Positions 22,595 to 35,695 of a DNA stretch of 64,000 nt are shown piece by piece. Source of the stretch: Arsenophonus sp. (GTDB lineage Bacteria; Pseudomonadota; Gammaproteobacteria; Enterobacterales; Enterobacteriaceae); the NCBI GenBank assembly GCA_031446145.1, contig CP132903.1, positions 417,214-481,213 on the forward strand. The letters run 5' to 3'. The first letter of the stretch is position 1. The number at the start of each line of letters is the position of its first letter. Below the pieces are notes generated by a model, which was given only the letters and a program-made list of their open reading frames with translations, was not told the origin of the DNA and did not search any database. The translations under genes were made by a program, and so were the position numbers.

Positions 22595-24523
22595 TTTTTG
22601 TTTTGTTAATTTTTTATTTTTGTTGCTTTTGATGTTTTTTTTAAATTTTTTTTTGTTTTTTTTATGATAAAATTTTTTAATTGCTTCTATTATTCCTTTT
22701 GAATGAAGACCTAACTCAGTTTCTATTTCTTTTTTGTTGCCTTGTTGTATAAATTTATCTGGTAAACCTAGATTAATCACAGGTATTATATAATTATTTT
22801 TTAACAAAAAATCATTGACACCGCTACCGGCTCCTCCGATAATTGAATTTTCTTCTAATGTTACTAATAATTTATGTTTTTTTATTATTTTTAATATTAA
22901 TGTTTCATCTAAAGGTTTTACAAATCTCATGTCAACAACTGTTATATTGAGCGTCTCTCCTGCTTTCATAGCTTCAATTAGTAATGTCCCAAAATTAAGA
23001 ATTGCAATTTTTTTTCCTTGTCTACAAATTAGACCTTTTCCAATTTGAATTTTTGATAAAGGTTTTAAAGTAACACCAGACCCCCCTCCTTTTGGATAGC
23101 GAACTGCTATTGGCCCCTTTTTGTAATGATAAGCAGTATGTAACATTTTACGACATTCATTTTCATTGCTGGGAGACATAATAATCATGTTAGGTAAACA
23201 ACGCAAAAAAGATAAATCAAAAGCACCTTGATGAGTTTGTCCGTCTTCTCCAACTATGCCCGCTCTGTCGATAGCAAAAAGAATGGGTAATTTTTGAATA
23301 GCTACATCGTGAATGATTTGATCATATGCACGTTGTAAAAAAGTGGAATAAATAGCAACAACGGGTTTATAACCTCCGATTGCAAGACCGGCTGCAAAAG
23401 TAACGGCATGTTGTTCAGCAATAGCTACATCAAAATATTGTTTTGGATAAGTTTTTGAAAATTTAGTCATGCCTGATCCTTCTCTCATGGCTGGCGTAAT
23501 TGCTATTAATTTAGGATCATTCGCTGCTTCTTCGCATAACCAGTCACCAAAAATTTTTGAAAAAGTTAATTGAGTATTATTATTTTTAGGTAAAGAGAAA
23601 CTTGATAAATTAAATTTAGGTACAGCATGCCAGGTAATTGGATCTTTTTCAGCTGGCGTATAACCTTTTCCTTTTTTTGTGATTACATGTAAAAATTTTG
23701 GACCTTTTAGTGTGCGAATGTTTTTTAATGTATGCACCAATTTTAGTACATCATGACCATAAATTGGGCCGATATAATTAAATCCTAATTTTTCAAAAAT
23801 AGTGCTTGGTGCTATTATTCCTTTCAGATGTTTTTCTATTTTTTGTAAAAAAAAATTAATTTTTGGTATATTAGAAAATATTTTTTTTCTTTCTTCACGT
23901 AAGTTAGAAAATAAATTATAAGATAAAATTTTTGATAAATGATAATTTAACGCACCAACATTTTTTGAAATAGACATTTTGTTATCATTGAGAATTACTA
24001 GTATATCTTTATGAATATCACCAGCATGATTCATGGCTTCAAAGGCAATACCTGCAGTCATTGCTCCATCACCAATTATACAAACAGTTTTTCTGTTTTT
24101 GTTTTCATATTCTGCAGCTACTGCCATTCCTAGTCCTGCACTTATAGAAGTAGATGAATGACCGACGCTGAAACTATCATATTCGCTTTCTGTACGACAA
24201 GGAAATGGGTGTAAACCATTTTTTTTTCTTATTGTACAAATTGCATCACGGCGACCAGTTAATATTTTGTGTGGATATGCTTGATGTCCTACATCCCAAA
24301 TAAGATTATCAAATGGTGTTTTGTAGACATAATGCAAAGCAACAGTTAATTCAATAGTACCTAATCCAGAAGCAAAATGTCCACTGGAAAGACTGATAGT
24401 TTTTAATAAAAATTCCCTTAATTCTTGACATAATTTTTCTAATTTTTTCGTTGGTAAGAGCCGTAGTTCTTTTGGTGTATTTATTTGCGATAAAATTGGA
24501 TAGGAAGTGATATCAATACTCAT
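22583..24523 (-). CDS. dxs: 1-deoxy-D-xylulose-5-phosphate synthase, with a 26-aa Lys-rich C-terminal extension
   Basis: 646 aa. Residues 1-620 are colinear with E. coli Dxs (620 aa), including the GDG TPP-binding motif ([10 protein letters not shown]). The extra tail [26 protein letters not shown] is encoded at 22586..22663. Confidence 0.96.
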   Translation of the reverse strand: MSIDITSYPILSQINTPKELRLLPTKKLEKLCQELREFLLKTISLSSGHFASGLGTIELTVALHYVYKTPFDNLIWDVGHQAYPHKILTGRRDAICTIRKKNGLHPFPCRTESEYDSFSVGHSSTSISAGLGMAVAAEYENKNRKTVCIIGDGAMTAGIAFEAMNHAGDIHKDILVILNDNKMSISKNVGALNYHLSKILSYNLFSNLREERKKIFSNIPKINFFLQKIEKHLKGIIAPSTIFEKLGFNYIGPIYGHDVLKLVHTLKNIRTLKGPKFLHVITKKGKGYTPAEKDPITWHAVPKFNLSSFSLPKNNNTQLTFSKIFGDWLCEEAANDPKLIAITPAMREGSGMTKFSKTYPKQYFDVAIAEQHAVTFAAGLAIGGYKPVVAIYSTFLQRAYDQIIHDVAIQKLPILFAIDRAGIVGEDGQTHQGAFDLSFLRCLPNMIIMSPSNENECRKMLHTAYHYKKGPIAVRYPKGGGSGVTLKPLSKIQIGKGLICRQGKKIAILNFGTLLIEAMKAGETLNITVVDMRFVKPLDETLILKIIKKHKLLVTLEENSIIGGAGSGVNDFLLKNNYIIPVINLGLPDKFIQQGNKKEIETELGLHSKGIIEAIKKFYHKKNKKKFKKNIKSNKNKKLTKQKLKK

Positions 24524-24624
24524 ATTTTTTAAGTGTAATAATTATTTTTTGTTGATGTAAATCATACGATAATATTTTGAAATTTTTTATGATTATAATA
24601 TTTTATATTTTTAGATTAAGGAAA

Positions 24625-25545
24625 TTAACTTTTGCGTTTAATCATGAAGTGTGTAAAATTTTTTAATATTGTTATATTAAATTCATATTTTTTTTCTAAA
24701 AGCTCAAGAATCTTTAGTGCTTGTTTGTGTAAAATTTTTATTTTTTTCTTTGTTTCTTCCAGACCTATTAATAATGGATAGGTATTTTTTTTGTTTTTTT
24801 GATTTATGTTTTGATTTTTTTGAAGAATTTTTTCATCAGTAATTATATCAATAATATCGTCATGAATTTGAAATATTAAACCAATAGTATTAGCGTAATT
24901 ATCTAATAATTTTGTTAATGCTATTTTTTGATGATGAGAAGCAAGTATGCTCATGCGGATTGCAGCCCGAATTAAAGCACCTGTTTTTTTATTATGAATA
25001 CATTCTAATTTTTTTATGTCAATTTTTTCTTCTGATTCAATATCCAATGCTTGCCCTCCGCACATACCTGCTACTCCAGTAGCATGAACCAGTTCACGTA
25101 TCATAGCAAGACGATGATTATCATTTACATCAGGCATGTTGGCATTTGATAAGATGTCAAATGCTAATGTTTGTAATGCATCTCCAGCTAAAATTGCATG
25201 TGCTTCACCGAAAGTAGCATGGCATGTCGGTTTTCCCCGACGTATAAAATCGTTATCCATTGCAGGTAAATCATCATGAATTAATGAATATGCATGAATA
25301 CATTCAATGGCTGCAGCAGGGGTGTCTAAATTTTCTTTGGAAACATTTAACATTTCACCAATAGTATACACTAAAAAAGGTCTGAGTCTTTTTCCACCAA
25401 TTAATGTTCCATATTTCATGGCTGTAATAAGTTTTGTTTGATTTAATGGAAGTTTTTTGAATTGATCTAACAATATTTGATTGATACGATTTTGCACCCA
25501 TTGCAGTTTATTGATAAATGATAGTTTTATTATTTGAGATATCAT
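24625..25545 (-). CDS. ispA: Farnesyl diphosphate synthase
   Basis: GGKRLRPFLVY, the first DDxxD motif (HAYSLIHDDLPAMDND) and the second (FQIHDDIIDI). Start set at an internal Met (306 aa versus 299 in E. coli). Confidence 0.92.
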   Translation of the reverse strand: MISQIIKLSFINKLQWVQNRINQILLDQFKKLPLNQTKLITAMKYGTLIGGKRLRPFLVYTIGEMLNVSKENLDTPAAAIECIHAYSLIHDDLPAMDNDFIRRGKPTCHATFGEAHAILAGDALQTLAFDILSNANMPDVNDNHRLAMIRELVHATGVAGMCGGQALDIESEEKIDIKKLECIHNKKTGALIRAAIRMSILASHHQKIALTKLLDNYANTIGLIFQIHDDIIDIITDEKILQKNQNINQKNKKNTYPLLIGLEETKKKIKILHKQALKILELLEKKYEFNITILKNFTHFMIKRKS

Positions 25546-25918
25546 TATTTGTATTGTCCAGAATCGATTATGAGTAATATACAGTATCATGTTTTTTTGA
25601 TAAAATTTATGTTTGTTTTTTATTATATTTTTTTATTAACAGATAGTTTTAAGCCATAACATTATTAATTGGTAGTATATTTATCTTTAATATTGCTTAT
25701 TTTAAAAAAAGAAGTCATGTTGATCGTTTTTTTAAAAATTAATTTTAATAATGAATAAAATTCATATTGTACTTTATGATATATGGATATCATAAAATAA
25801 TAACATATAAAGAATTTTTTTGATTTTTATATTTTTATTTTTTTATAAATACTTTTAATTTTATTTTTGTGATGATATGAAAATATATTTTTATTTTTTA
25901 AAATTTAATAAATTTTAT

Positions 25919-27091
25919 TTACATTGAAATAGAGGTATGTATCTTAAAATTTATTAAAATCCAAAATACACAAAACAGTATTCCTGCAATAAAAATATAA
26001 TTGCCATTATTTAATTGTAATAACCATCCTCCAAGAATCCCTCCTGAAGCAACACCTAGAAATTGACTAGTAGAATAAATGCCCATCGCAGTTCCTTTAT
26101 ATTTCTTATCTATTTTTTTACTGACAAGTGAAGGTAATAATGTTTCCATAACATTAAATGCGATAAAAAACAGTTGAAGTCCAGTTAATATTAATAGAAA
26201 TTTTTGATTACAAAAATAAAATATTAATTCAGATATAAATAAAATTATAATACATAAGAAAAATATTTTTTTTGTTCGAGATTCATTATTTGCGTAAATA
26301 ATAAAAGGTATGATGCTTATAAAAGCAATAAGTAAAGTGCTTAAATATATCTTCCAGTGTTGATGAGTTGGAATACCTGCATCAATCATTATTAATGGAA
26401 CAGCTATAAAATTTATTATTAGTAAACTATGTAAACAAAAAATACCATAATTGAGTCTTAGTAGTTCTAGATTTTTTATTATATTTTTTATTGTTTTTTT
26501 TATAAAATTGATATCATTATTTAAAATTTTATATGGAGGATCAGGAACATAAAGCTTAATAATCAATATTCCTGCTACCCCCAATAAACTTATTGTCCAA
26601 AAAAGACCATGTAATCCGAGAATATGAGCGATAATTGGACCTATAATTATTGAAATAGCAAAAGTAATACCAAAGCTTACACCAAGAAAAGCTATAGCTT
26701 TTGTTCTATTTTTTTCGTGAATGAGATCTGTAAGTAATGCTATAATAGTTGAAGAAATAGCACCTGAACCTTGTAAGGTCCTACCAATAATAATACCCCA
26801 AATAGAATTCGTTGATGCAGCGATTATGCTGCCAAAAATAAAGATCCATAAACCATTAATAATTATTTTTTTTCGTCCAAATCTATCAGACATTAAACCC
26901 ATGGGAATTTGGAATAAAGCTTGAGTAATACCATACATTCCAATTGCTAATCCTAATAAAAAATCATTAGCGTCTTTTAGATCTTTTCCATAACTAGTTA
27001 GTATTGGTAGCACCATTAACATACCTAGCATACGTAATATGAATACTGATCCTAATCCAAAAGTTGCTTTTATTTCTTTAAGTGTCATCAA
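25919..27091 (-). CDS. yajR: MFS transporter, YajR-like (short form, 390 aa)
   Basis: 12-TM-like hydrophobic profile with the MFS motif GLMSDRFGRKK. Lies between ispA and cyoE, where E. coli has yajR (454 aa). Confidence 0.75.
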   Translation of the reverse strand: MMTLKEIKATFGLGSVFILRMLGMLMVLPILTSYGKDLKDANDFLLGLAIGMYGITQALFQIPMGLMSDRFGRKKIIINGLWIFIFGSIIAASTNSIWGIIIGRTLQGSGAISSTIIALLTDLIHEKNRTKAIAFLGVSFGITFAISIIIGPIIAHILGLHGLFWTISLLGVAGILIIKLYVPDPPYKILNNDINFIKKTIKNIIKNLELLRLNYGIFCLHSLLIINFIAVPLIMIDAGIPTHQHWKIYLSTLLIAFISIIPFIIYANNESRTKKIFFLCIIILFISELIFYFCNQKFLLILTGLQLFFIAFNVMETLLPSLVSKKIDKKYKGTAMGIYSTSQFLGVASGGILGGWLLQLNNGNYIFIAGILFCVFWILINFKIHTSISM

Positions 27092-27266
27092 AATATTATG
27101 ATTAGTTGTATATAGTAAAATTTTTAGATTAACATTATAAAACTATTTTTAACATTAGTTAATATGTTTTTAAAAAAATTACCGAATATAAATAATGATT
27201 ATTTTAATACTATAATCTAACTTGTTTAAATGTATATTGTAATTTGTTTTTAATTTTTTATATAAA

Positions 27267-28157
27267 TTATAATGTTATATAAATAAATGTTGGTTCAATA
27301 GAAAAAATAGGGTCGATAGACATCATAATGCTCAGAAATGTAATAGCTAGAAGAGAAAAAATAAATATTTTTCTTGCCCAAAGTTGATCATTGTTATTTT
27401 TTTTGAAGCCAGAGATAGAAATTTTGAGCCACCATAGACTAATTAATGTAGAAACTATAAGGTATTTATATCCGGTATAACCACTAATAGTTAACATTGC
27501 AGTTGTTATTGTAAAAGCCGTAATATATAAAAAAATATGATTTTTTGTGATATGAATACCTTTAATAACTGGTAATACTGGAATGTTTGCATTTTTGTAA
27601 TCTTTAAGGTGATAAATAGCAATTGAATAAAAGTGTGGCATTTGCCATAAACTAAAAATCAAAAGTAAAATTAAAGCTCCTGTATCAAATTTATTAGAAA
27701 CAGCACAGTAACCAATAACCGGTGGTGTAGAACCAGATAAACTCCCTATTATGGTTCCATAAAGAGAATTGCGTTTCATGTATATACTATAAATTAAAAC
27801 ATAAATAATAAAACCTATAATACTAAAAATTACCGATAAAAAATTAGTATTAATATATAATAGTATTAATCCAGAAATTCCTAGTATAGTAGCGTAAATT
27901 AAATACTTTTTTATATTTGTAGATTGTTTAGTGAAAAAACGGTTGTTAGTTCTTTTCATTATTTTATCAATATCTCGATCGATATAGTTATTAAAAACAC
28001 ATGCAGAAGCTACCACTAATGATACACCTAGTAATGTATTGATAAATAGAAAATAATTTATAATACCTTTAGAAGCCAATAAAAATCCGCCAATAACAGA
28101 TATCAAATTACCTAAAATAATGCCAGGTTTAATAACTTGTAAATATTTTTTTAACAT
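27267..28157 (-). CDS. cyoE: Protoheme IX farnesyltransferase (heme O synthase)
   Basis: 296 aa, the same length as E. coli CyoE; [13 protein letters not shown] motif; last gene of the cyo operon. Confidence 0.93.
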   Translation of the reverse strand: MLKKYLQVIKPGIILGNLISVIGGFLLASKGIINYFLFINTLLGVSLVVASACVFNNYIDRDIDKIMKRTNNRFFTKQSTNIKKYLIYATILGISGLILLYINTNFLSVIFSIIGFIIYVLIYSIYMKRNSLYGTIIGSLSGSTPPVIGYCAVSNKFDTGALILLLIFSLWQMPHFYSIAIYHLKDYKNANIPVLPVIKGIHITKNHIFLYITAFTITTAMLTISGYTGYKYLIVSTLISLWWLKISISGFKKNNNDQLWARKIFIFSLLAITFLSIMMSIDPIFSIEPTFIYITL

Positions 28158-28165
28158 ATCAGATT

Positions 28166-28501
28166 TTAGTCTAGTAACATATTTATGTTTAAATTATACA
28201 TTATCCATATAGAGCCTATTACTATTATAGTAATAATTACTATAGTAAATATGAAAGATATTATATTCCAATTTTTGTTTGATGTAGCATTTATATGCAA
28301 AAAATAAATAAGATGCACTAAAACTTGAATTATTGCTGTAATAATAATACTTAAAATAATTTTATTATAAGATTTAGCATTATTTATTACCATCCAAAAT
28401 GGGATAATCGTTAAAATTATGGATAATATAAAACCGGTAAGATATGTTTTTATGCTATTTTTTTCTTTAAAACATTTTTTTATAATTGAAAAATTATTCA
28501 T
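28166..28501 (-). CDS. cyoD: Cytochrome bo3 ubiquinol oxidase subunit IV
   Basis: 111 aa from the Met whose ATG overlaps the cyoC TGA (ATGA); three-TM small subunit in operon position. The tracked ORF extends to 28582. Confidence 0.85.
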   Translation of the reverse strand: MNNFSIIKKCFKEKNSIKTYLTGFILSIILTIIPFWMVINNAKSYNKIILSIIITAIIQVLVHLIYFLHINATSNKNWNIISFIFTIVIITIIVIGSIWIMYNLNINMLLD

Positions 28502-29112
28502 GTAATTGCTCCAAATAAATACACAAAACTGAATATAAATATCCAAATAATATCTAAAAAATGCCAAAAAAGACTTAAGCAATTTAAACGTGTTTGATTA
28601 ATTATAGTTAGTCCACGACGTGAAATATGAATTAACATTATAATAATCCATCCTAAACCAAAACTTATATGAATACCGTGTGTACCGATTAATGTAAAGA
28701 AAGCAGATAAAAAAGCGCTTCTATTAGGTCCATAACCTTGAGAAATTAATTCGTGAAATTCATAAAGTTCCATACTCATAAAATTTGCACCTAATAAAAA
28801 AGTAATCACTAACCATAATTTTACGTGATTTTTGTTTTTTTTATGCATAGAGACCATTGCAAATGCATAAGTGAGACTACTAGATAATAAAAGTAAAGTT
28901 TCTTTTAAAACAAAATGAATTTTAAAAATTTCTTTTCCTGTTGGTCCTCCTGCAATGTTATTAACTAAAACAAAGTATGTGGCAAAGAGACAGGCAAATA
29001 AAATTAGATCACTCATTAAATAGATCCAAAAGCCGAATATTTTTGTTTCACTATTATAATTTTCATGATTTTTATGGATAGAAGGTTTTTTGCTAATTAA
29101 GTTTATTGACAT
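28498..29112 (-). CDS. cyoC: Cytochrome bo3 ubiquinol oxidase subunit III
   Basis: 204 aa, as in E. coli CyoC; [10 protein letters not shown] and [10 protein letters not shown] motifs. Confidence 0.93.
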   Translation of the reverse strand: MSINLISKKPSIHKNHENYNSETKIFGFWIYLMSDLILFACLFATYFVLVNNIAGGPTGKEIFKIHFVLKETLLLLSSSLTYAFAMVSMHKKNKNHVKLWLVITFLLGANFMSMELYEFHELISQGYGPNRSAFLSAFFTLIGTHGIHISFGLGWIIIMLIHISRRGLTIINQTRLNCLSLFWHFLDIIWIFIFSFVYLFGAIT

Positions 29113-29114
29113 TA

Positions 29115-31091
29115 TTAAGACCTATTTTTTATATTGCTATAATATAGACTTTCCATTTTTTTAATTGTATTTACAGGGATGTAATAAGTAATATTTTCAT
29201 CAAATGTTTTAGCAATCCAGGTTATAATAATACCAATAAATCCAATTATTGCTAAATACCAAATATGCCAAACCATAGCAAAACCAAAAATTAAAGAACA
29301 TATTAAAATAATAAAACCTATAGAAGTATTTTTTGGCATATGAATTGGTTTATATATTTTTGGTTGTTTGTGAGCAAGCCCTTTTTCTTTTATATTCCAC
29401 CAAGCATCACGTGTATTAATTTTTGGTGTTATAGCAAAATTATAAAAAGGTGCAGGAGATGATATTGCCCATTCTAGAGTACGTCCATTCCATGGATCTC
29501 CGGTGAAATCATAATTTTTCTTACGATCAAAAATACTAGTAATGATTTGGGTTATTTGACATAATATTCCCATGCCAATTAGTGTAGTCCCAATAACAGC
29601 TATTATAAGCATAAATTGATATTGTGGATCAATATTTTGGCTTAATCTACGAGTCATTCCCATAAATCCTAGTATATAAAGTGGCATAAAGGCAATAAAA
29701 AACCCAGTAATCCACAACCAAAAAGCACGCATTCCCCATTTTTCATTTAATATAAAACCAAATGCTTTTGGAAACCAATATGTCATTCCAGCAAAACAAC
29801 CAAAGACAACTCCACCAATAATTACATTATGAAAATGCGCAATCAGAAATAAACTGTTATGTAAAATAAAATTTATCCCTGGAACGGCTAGAAGTACCCC
29901 AGTCATTCCACCAATAGAGAATGTGATTATAAAACTAATAGTCCATAACATTGGTGTTGTGTATTGAATGCGCCCATGATACATGGTAAATAACCAATTA
30001 AATATTTTAACTCCAGTTGGAATGGCAATTATCATTGTAGCTATACCAAAAAATGCATTAACATTTGCACCTGAACCCATAGTAAAAAAATGGTGCAACC
30101 ATACTATAAATGACATTATAGTGATAACAATTGTAGCCCATACAAGTGATGTATAACCAAATAAACGTTTTTTTGAAAATGTAGCTGTTACTTCAGAAAA
30201 TATTCCAAAAGCAGGTAATATTAATATGTAAACTTCTGGATGCCCCCAAGCCCAAATTAAATTAACATACATCATCATATTTCCACCAAAATCATTAGTG
30301 AAAAAGTGAGTATTTAAGTATCTATCTAATGTCAAAAGTCCGATTGTAACTGTCAATATAGGAAATGCTGCAATGATTAGTACGTTGGTACAAAGTGCAG
30401 TCCAGGTAAAAACAGGCATTTTCATCATTGTCATACCAGGAGCTCGCATGCGTAAAATTGTTGTAAAAAAATTAATTCCTGTAAGTGTGGTTCCAATTCC
30501 AGATATTTGTAAACTCCATATCCAATAATCTACTCCAACGCCAGGATTGTATTCTTTTCCAGACAATGGAGGATACGCTAACCAACCTGTTTGGGCAAAT
30601 TCACCTATGCCTAATGATAAGTTAATTAATATCACACCAACAACAAACAACCAAAAACTAATAGAATTTAGAGATGGAAATGCTACATCTCGAGCACCAA
30701 TTTGTAGTGGTACTATTAAGTTTATTAGTCCGATCACAAAAGGTGTTGCCATAAAAAAAATCATTATTACACCATGAGCAGTAAAAATTTGATCATAATG
30801 ATGTGGTGTTAAAAATCCAGATGAACCAGATGAAACCAATGCTTGTTGCGTTCGCATCATGATTGCATCTGCAAAACCACGGAGCAACATGATCATTGCA
30901 GTGATAATGTACATTATGCCTATTTTTTTATGATCTACGGTAGTTAACCATTCATCCCAAAGCCATTTCCATTTTCCGTAATAGGTTATAATTCCTAAAA
31001 TAATAACACCAATGAATAATGTAACAATAAGAGTTATGATAATGATTGGTTCATGGAGAGGAATTGCATCCATTGTTAATTTTCCGAACAT
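29115..31091 (-). CDS. cyoB: Cytochrome bo3 ubiquinol oxidase subunit I
   Basis: 658 aa; heme-copper oxidase signatures ([24 protein letters not shown]). Confidence 0.97.
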   Translation of the reverse strand: MFGKLTMDAIPLHEPIIIITLIVTLFIGVIILGIITYYGKWKWLWDEWLTTVDHKKIGIMYIITAMIMLLRGFADAIMMRTQQALVSSGSSGFLTPHHYDQIFTAHGVIMIFFMATPFVIGLINLIVPLQIGARDVAFPSLNSISFWLFVVGVILINLSLGIGEFAQTGWLAYPPLSGKEYNPGVGVDYWIWSLQISGIGTTLTGINFFTTILRMRAPGMTMMKMPVFTWTALCTNVLIIAAFPILTVTIGLLTLDRYLNTHFFTNDFGGNMMMYVNLIWAWGHPEVYILILPAFGIFSEVTATFSKKRLFGYTSLVWATIVITIMSFIVWLHHFFTMGSGANVNAFFGIATMIIAIPTGVKIFNWLFTMYHGRIQYTTPMLWTISFIITFSIGGMTGVLLAVPGINFILHNSLFLIAHFHNVIIGGVVFGCFAGMTYWFPKAFGFILNEKWGMRAFWLWITGFFIAFMPLYILGFMGMTRRLSQNIDPQYQFMLIIAVIGTTLIGMGILCQITQIITSIFDRKKNYDFTGDPWNGRTLEWAISSPAPFYNFAITPKINTRDAWWNIKEKGLAHKQPKIYKPIHMPKNTSIGFIILICSLIFGFAMVWHIWYLAIIGFIGIIITWIAKTFDENITYYIPVNTIKKMESLYYSNIKNRS

Positions 31092-31104
31092 ATTATTTAT
31101 TCCT

Positions 31105-32016
31105 TTATTTATTTTTCAAAGAATGCTGTGAGGGATTTATAATTTGATTATTTTTAATGTGATGTGCATGTCCAAATTGTGATATAATATCTTCGTATAA
31201 ATTTGCTTTTACACTGGAAAAGTAAGTGACAGCTACATTGTAGCTAGGTTTTATTAATTCATTAAACTGAGATATGTTATTTATGTTTTTTTTAGATTTT
31301 TTTGCTTTTTCAATCCATTTTTCAAAACTTTTTGTATTAACGGTTGCAATAACATTAAATTTCATATCTGAAAATCCATGACCACTATAACTGGATGAAA
31401 AGCCTTTATAGATACCAGCTTGATTAGCAATTAGGTGCAGTTTACTTTGCATGCCCGCCATAGCATAAATTTGACTGCCTAAAGCAGGAATAAAAAAAGA
31501 ATTCATGACTGAAGCTGATGTTACTTTAAAAGTAATCGGGGTATTTATAGGAAAAGCGATTTCATTAATGGTAGCTATGTTTTTTTCTGGATAAATAAAT
31601 ATCCATTTCCAATCGCTAGCAATTACTTGAATAGTAATAGGATTGTTTTTGTTGATTAGTGGTTTGTAAGGATCTAATTTATGAGTAGTGTCCCAGGTAA
31701 TGATTGCTAAAGTAAAGATAATGATGATAGGGATCGCCCAACAAAATAATTCAATCTTATTTGATTTTTCCCAATTTGGTCGGTAAATGGCGTATTTATT
31801 ATTTTCGCGATATTTTATTGCAAAAAAAATAGTCATAAAAATTACTGGAATGACAATGATTAGCATCAAAGTAAGTGATGTTATTATGAGTTTCTTTTGT
31901 TCAATGCTGATTGCTCCTTTTGGATCCATTAATGTCATATTACAACCAGTCAGTATAAAGAAAACAGTAATTAATGAGATAATTTGAATGCTTTTTTTAT
32001 ATTTTATAACTCTCAT
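31105..32016 (-). CDS. cyoA: Cytochrome bo3 ubiquinol oxidase subunit II (lipoprotein)
   Basis: MRVIKYKKS...LTGC lipobox, and [28 protein letters not shown] matches E. coli CyoA. Confidence 0.93.
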   Translation of the reverse strand: MRVIKYKKSIQIISLITVFFILTGCNMTLMDPKGAISIEQKKLIITSLTLMLIIVIPVIFMTIFFAIKYRENNKYAIYRPNWEKSNKIELFCWAIPIIIIFTLAIITWDTTHKLDPYKPLINKNNPITIQVIASDWKWIFIYPEKNIATINEIAFPINTPITFKVTSASVMNSFFIPALGSQIYAMAGMQSKLHLIANQAGIYKGFSSSYSGHGFSDMKFNVIATVNTKSFEKWIEKAKKSKKNINNISQFNELIKPSYNVAVTYFSSVKANLYEDIISQFGHAHHIKNNQIINPSQHSLKNK

Positions 32017-32776
32017 TATAATAGTCACTCCAATTTTAGAAATATACTAATTTTTTTTATTTGGTTGTTAGATATAATTATTCATTTTTATAAAAACAAA
32101 AAAACATATAATTATGATATGCATTTAATTTAAGAAAATTTGTTGTAATCATCGTTATTTTTAATAAATATATTTTAATAAAAATTTTTTATTAATTTTT
32201 TTTTATTATATTTTAATCTTAAAAATTATATAAATATAGTTTTTTAAAAAAATAATTTGTGTATGATGTTTTTTAATAAAGTTATATTTAAATTATAATG
32301 TAATTATATATTATCTATGAAAAATTATCTGTATATTTAAAATCTTATAAAAAGATGTTATTTTTAGTTTTATAACTATAATTTTTTATGAATACATTAA
32401 ATTTTTTTTTATGTATATGCAATAAAAGAATATTATTTTTTGAATTTTCTGATATTATTGTTGAATAAGTAATATTAAATATAACTTTTTTATATTATTT
32501 TAGTATTTTTTTTTGCATAAAAAATATTCAGTTAATTCTGTATAGCCTATTTTTTTGAGATAAAAAGGATACAGATAAATTCAACAAAATAAATATTTTT
32601 TGTTCATATTTTCATTGTTTAAATTTTTCATATTTTAAAAATTATAAACAATATTTTGATTTTTATATTTTTTAAATTAATATTAGCACGGTATAGTTTA
32701 CATTTTTTTGAAAAAATCAATTTTACTTACCAAAAAAAAGTATTTATTAAAAAATAAAAAATAGTTTTAACTAAAA

Positions 32777-33100
32777 ATGTTGATAAATAATATGTCTAGT
32801 ATGTCTATAAAAATTAAAAATAAACTTACAAATTTTTTTATGCCTCTGTATTTAGTAGTTACTGATGAGAGTATTAAACATAATTTTTCAAAAAATATGG
32901 AGACCCATTTTAAAATTATTTTAGTTACGGAAAAATTTATTCGACAAAATTTATTACAGCGTCATAGAACTGTATATTTTCTTCTAAAAGAAGAATTATC
33001 CAATGGTGTTCATTCATTAAAATTGCATACTTATACGCCAGTTGAATGGCAAAAGTATCAGTATGTAAAGTTTTTTTCACCATGTTGTTTTAAAAAATAA
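32777..33100 (+). CDS. bolA: BolA family transcriptional regulator / morphoprotein
   Basis: VVTDESIKHN...THFKIILVTEKF...RHRTVY...HSLKLHTYTPVEW is colinear with E. coli BolA. The true start is probably an internal Met (32792 or 32801). Confidence 0.87.
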   Translation: MLINNMSSMSIKIKNKLTNFFMPLYLVVTDESIKHNFSKNMETHFKIILVTEKFIRQNLLQRHRTVYFLLKEELSNGVHSLKLHTYTPVEWQKYQYVKFFSPCCFKK

Positions 33101-34120
33101 TTTTAAAAAACAAATTAAATTAGTTAAATAAATTTATTATATCATAGTAATATATTTCATAGTAATATAAAATAAAATTAATATAAAATAAAATAATTAA
33201 GAACATCAGGAATTTTATAAAAACTTAAATAACAGTATTTTAAAATGATGTAGTTATTTTTTATTTGAGTAATAAATTATATTTTTTATTTTCAATTATA
33301 TAAGTGTTTTTTAAAAAACCTATTTTTTTACTTTTATTGATATTTTCTATTTTGATATTTTTTTAAAAGTATGAAAGTATCATATAAAAATATCTTGAAA
33401 AAATATATTGATAATTTTCTTCAATTCAAAATTATTTCAAATTTAATAAATAGTAAGAACATATTTATAAGAATAATATAAAAATAATTTAAAAAAATAA
33501 TTAAGATTTTAAAGACTAGTATTATTAATATAAAAAATATTCGAAATAAACATAAATGTTATTTTGAAAAAATAAAAAAGGTATAATTTTTAATTTGAAA
33601 ATTTAATTAAAAAATATTTAAAGAAATGTAATTAATTTTTAGAAAAAAAACAGAATTAAAAATATTTTTTGTATAAACTTAACAGGTATATATAAATTAA
33701 ATATTTTTTTTGCAGAAAAAATAAGTTTTTGTAAAAATAGTTTTCTTTATAGTTGATTTTATATAATTGATTTTAAAAAGAAAAATTAATCATAAATATT
33801 TTATAGAAAAGAAAAATGTAATAAATATTCTTTATTTTTTTATCTAATTTTTTAAAGTTTTGCGTAAGTTTTATTTAATAAAAAACAATAATTTTTAAAT
33901 TTATTAAAAGATTATCATATTTTTTTTTAAAATTGTATCAGTTAAATCTTTAATCGTAAAAAAATAAGATAGTTATTTTATCAGAAATTGTATAAAAATT
34001 GTTTCAGAGTTTTATATTTTTAATTTTTTTATTAAAAGTTTACAAAAAGAAACACACAACAATAAAAAATATCAACTCAATTATTTTGTAAATAAGTATA
34101 TTGCAATATAAAATTTTTAT

Positions 34121-34250
34121 AGGTCTGCATTATGTGTAAATTATGAATTTCTAATCCATGTGGAAGTGAGAATTAGTGGTCTGATTTTAAATATGGTTAA
34201 AAAATTTAATAAAAAAATAAATTTTTATGACAAAGAGCAATATTTTAAGT
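34121..34250 (+). pseudogene. tig: Possible relic of trigger factor (tig), short fragment only
   Basis: One frame reads ...VNYEFLIHVEVRISGLILNMVKKF..., which can be laid on E. coli Tig ...[24 protein letters not shown]... (about 6 identities plus similar residues in 15). It sits at the bolA-clpP syntenic position. The alignment is short and made by eye. Confidence 0.3.
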
Positions 34251-35665
34251 AACAGCTATAAATAAAGTTAATAATATGTTGGTAAAATAAAGTTATTAAT
34301 AAATATAAGTATTTATATTATTTATAATAATTCATTGTAAGATTTTAGTTTAGTTTATAAAATTTTAAAAGTAAATTATTCAAATTAAAAAATATTATTA
34401 ATATCTAGTATTAAATTACTAATTTATTATTTGTTAAAAAATTAAAATAGTAGTAATAAACAAGGTCATGATATTAAAAAATATATAATTAAAAATTAGT
34501 TATTTTTATGTAATTTTATTGATTCAAATTAGTATTTTTTTGTTTTTGTTTTTTGTTTTTTGATATATTTAAATTCATATAAATTCATATAAGAGATTTG
34601 AAATGTTATAATCATGTAATATGATCAATTTTTACAAGATTATGGTTTATTTAAAAAATAATTATATTAAAAAATATTGTAATATAAAAAATATTGTAAT
34701 TTTATGCAAATATTAATTAATTTTAGCATTTAAATGTTTTATAAAAATATGTTTATAATTATTTTGCAACTTTTTATTTACATTAAAAATGATAATAAAT
34801 CATGTATTAATTGAAAATATAATAAAAATATTTTATTAATAAAAATTAGTTTATAAAATAAAAAGATTTTGCACAATAAAAATTAAAAAATCTCAATATT
34901 ACATATAGAAATATTTGTAAAAATCATCAAATAGAATTGTTATTTATTTTATAGTAATAATTTAGTTAACATAAATATATATTAATTTTTTTCTGTTTAA
35001 TATTTTTAAGAATTAATACTACAATTTTAAATTGTATTTTTTTAAAAAAATAAAAAATAAAAAATAAAAATAAAAAAATATATTTTCATTGAAAAATGAA
35101 TGTATATAAATACAGTTTGATTATAATGGTAAAATTATCAATAAGGAAAAAATAAATAAAATAGCATTATATATTTTTTATTATTTTTTATTTAATTTAT
35201 TATAAGATAAGATATAGTTCATATGTTTAATAGAAAGATTATTCATATTATTTTAATTTTTATATCTAATAAAGAATATATTATATTTACAAAAAAAATC
35301 AATTATAAACAAGTATATAATTATATCAATAATTTATTTGATACATTAATATAAATTAAATTTAAAAAATCTAAGAAATATTTTTAATAAAATATATAAA
35401 AATAAAAATTTAAATTTTTAGATCAAAAGTTATTAGAATAATTATTGAATATTTTTTAACTAGTATAAAAAATATTTTCAATAAATTCTCATATTAATGA
35501 GAGAATTTAGACCTCTTTACTATACAATAATTAATCATAAAAAAAATCTTAGATGATTGTTTATTTTTTATTTTTATTATTTATATTTGGTATATTATAG
35601 TTTTTACGAGATAGTTTAATTTTTACTTATTATTAGTTAAAAATCATTTGATTGTTTGTATTATA

Positions 35666-35695
35666 AATTAATCCCTAATGAATTAATCCCTAATG
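35666..35695. repeat. Perfect tandem duplication, 2 x 15 bp (AATTAATCCCTAATG), immediately 5' of the clpP Shine-Dalgarno
   Basis: Read directly; it ends 1 nt before TGGAG and 11 nt before the clpP ATG. Confidence 0.9.

Noticed and set aside
25675-25728. Short minus-strand frame MTSFFKISNIKDKYTTN upstream of ispA as a possible xseB relic
   Set aside because: Only an S-F-x-K match to XseB (ASFEKALSELE). That is too short and weak to separate from chance in this composition.
35041-35080. (A5-6T)n microsatellite, and other short AT-only repeats and palindromes in the spacers (for example 34541-34600, 34661-34700, 48815-48828)
   Set aside because: Low-complexity A/T repeats of this size are expected by chance and by replication slippage at this base composition. 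There is no evidence of function.
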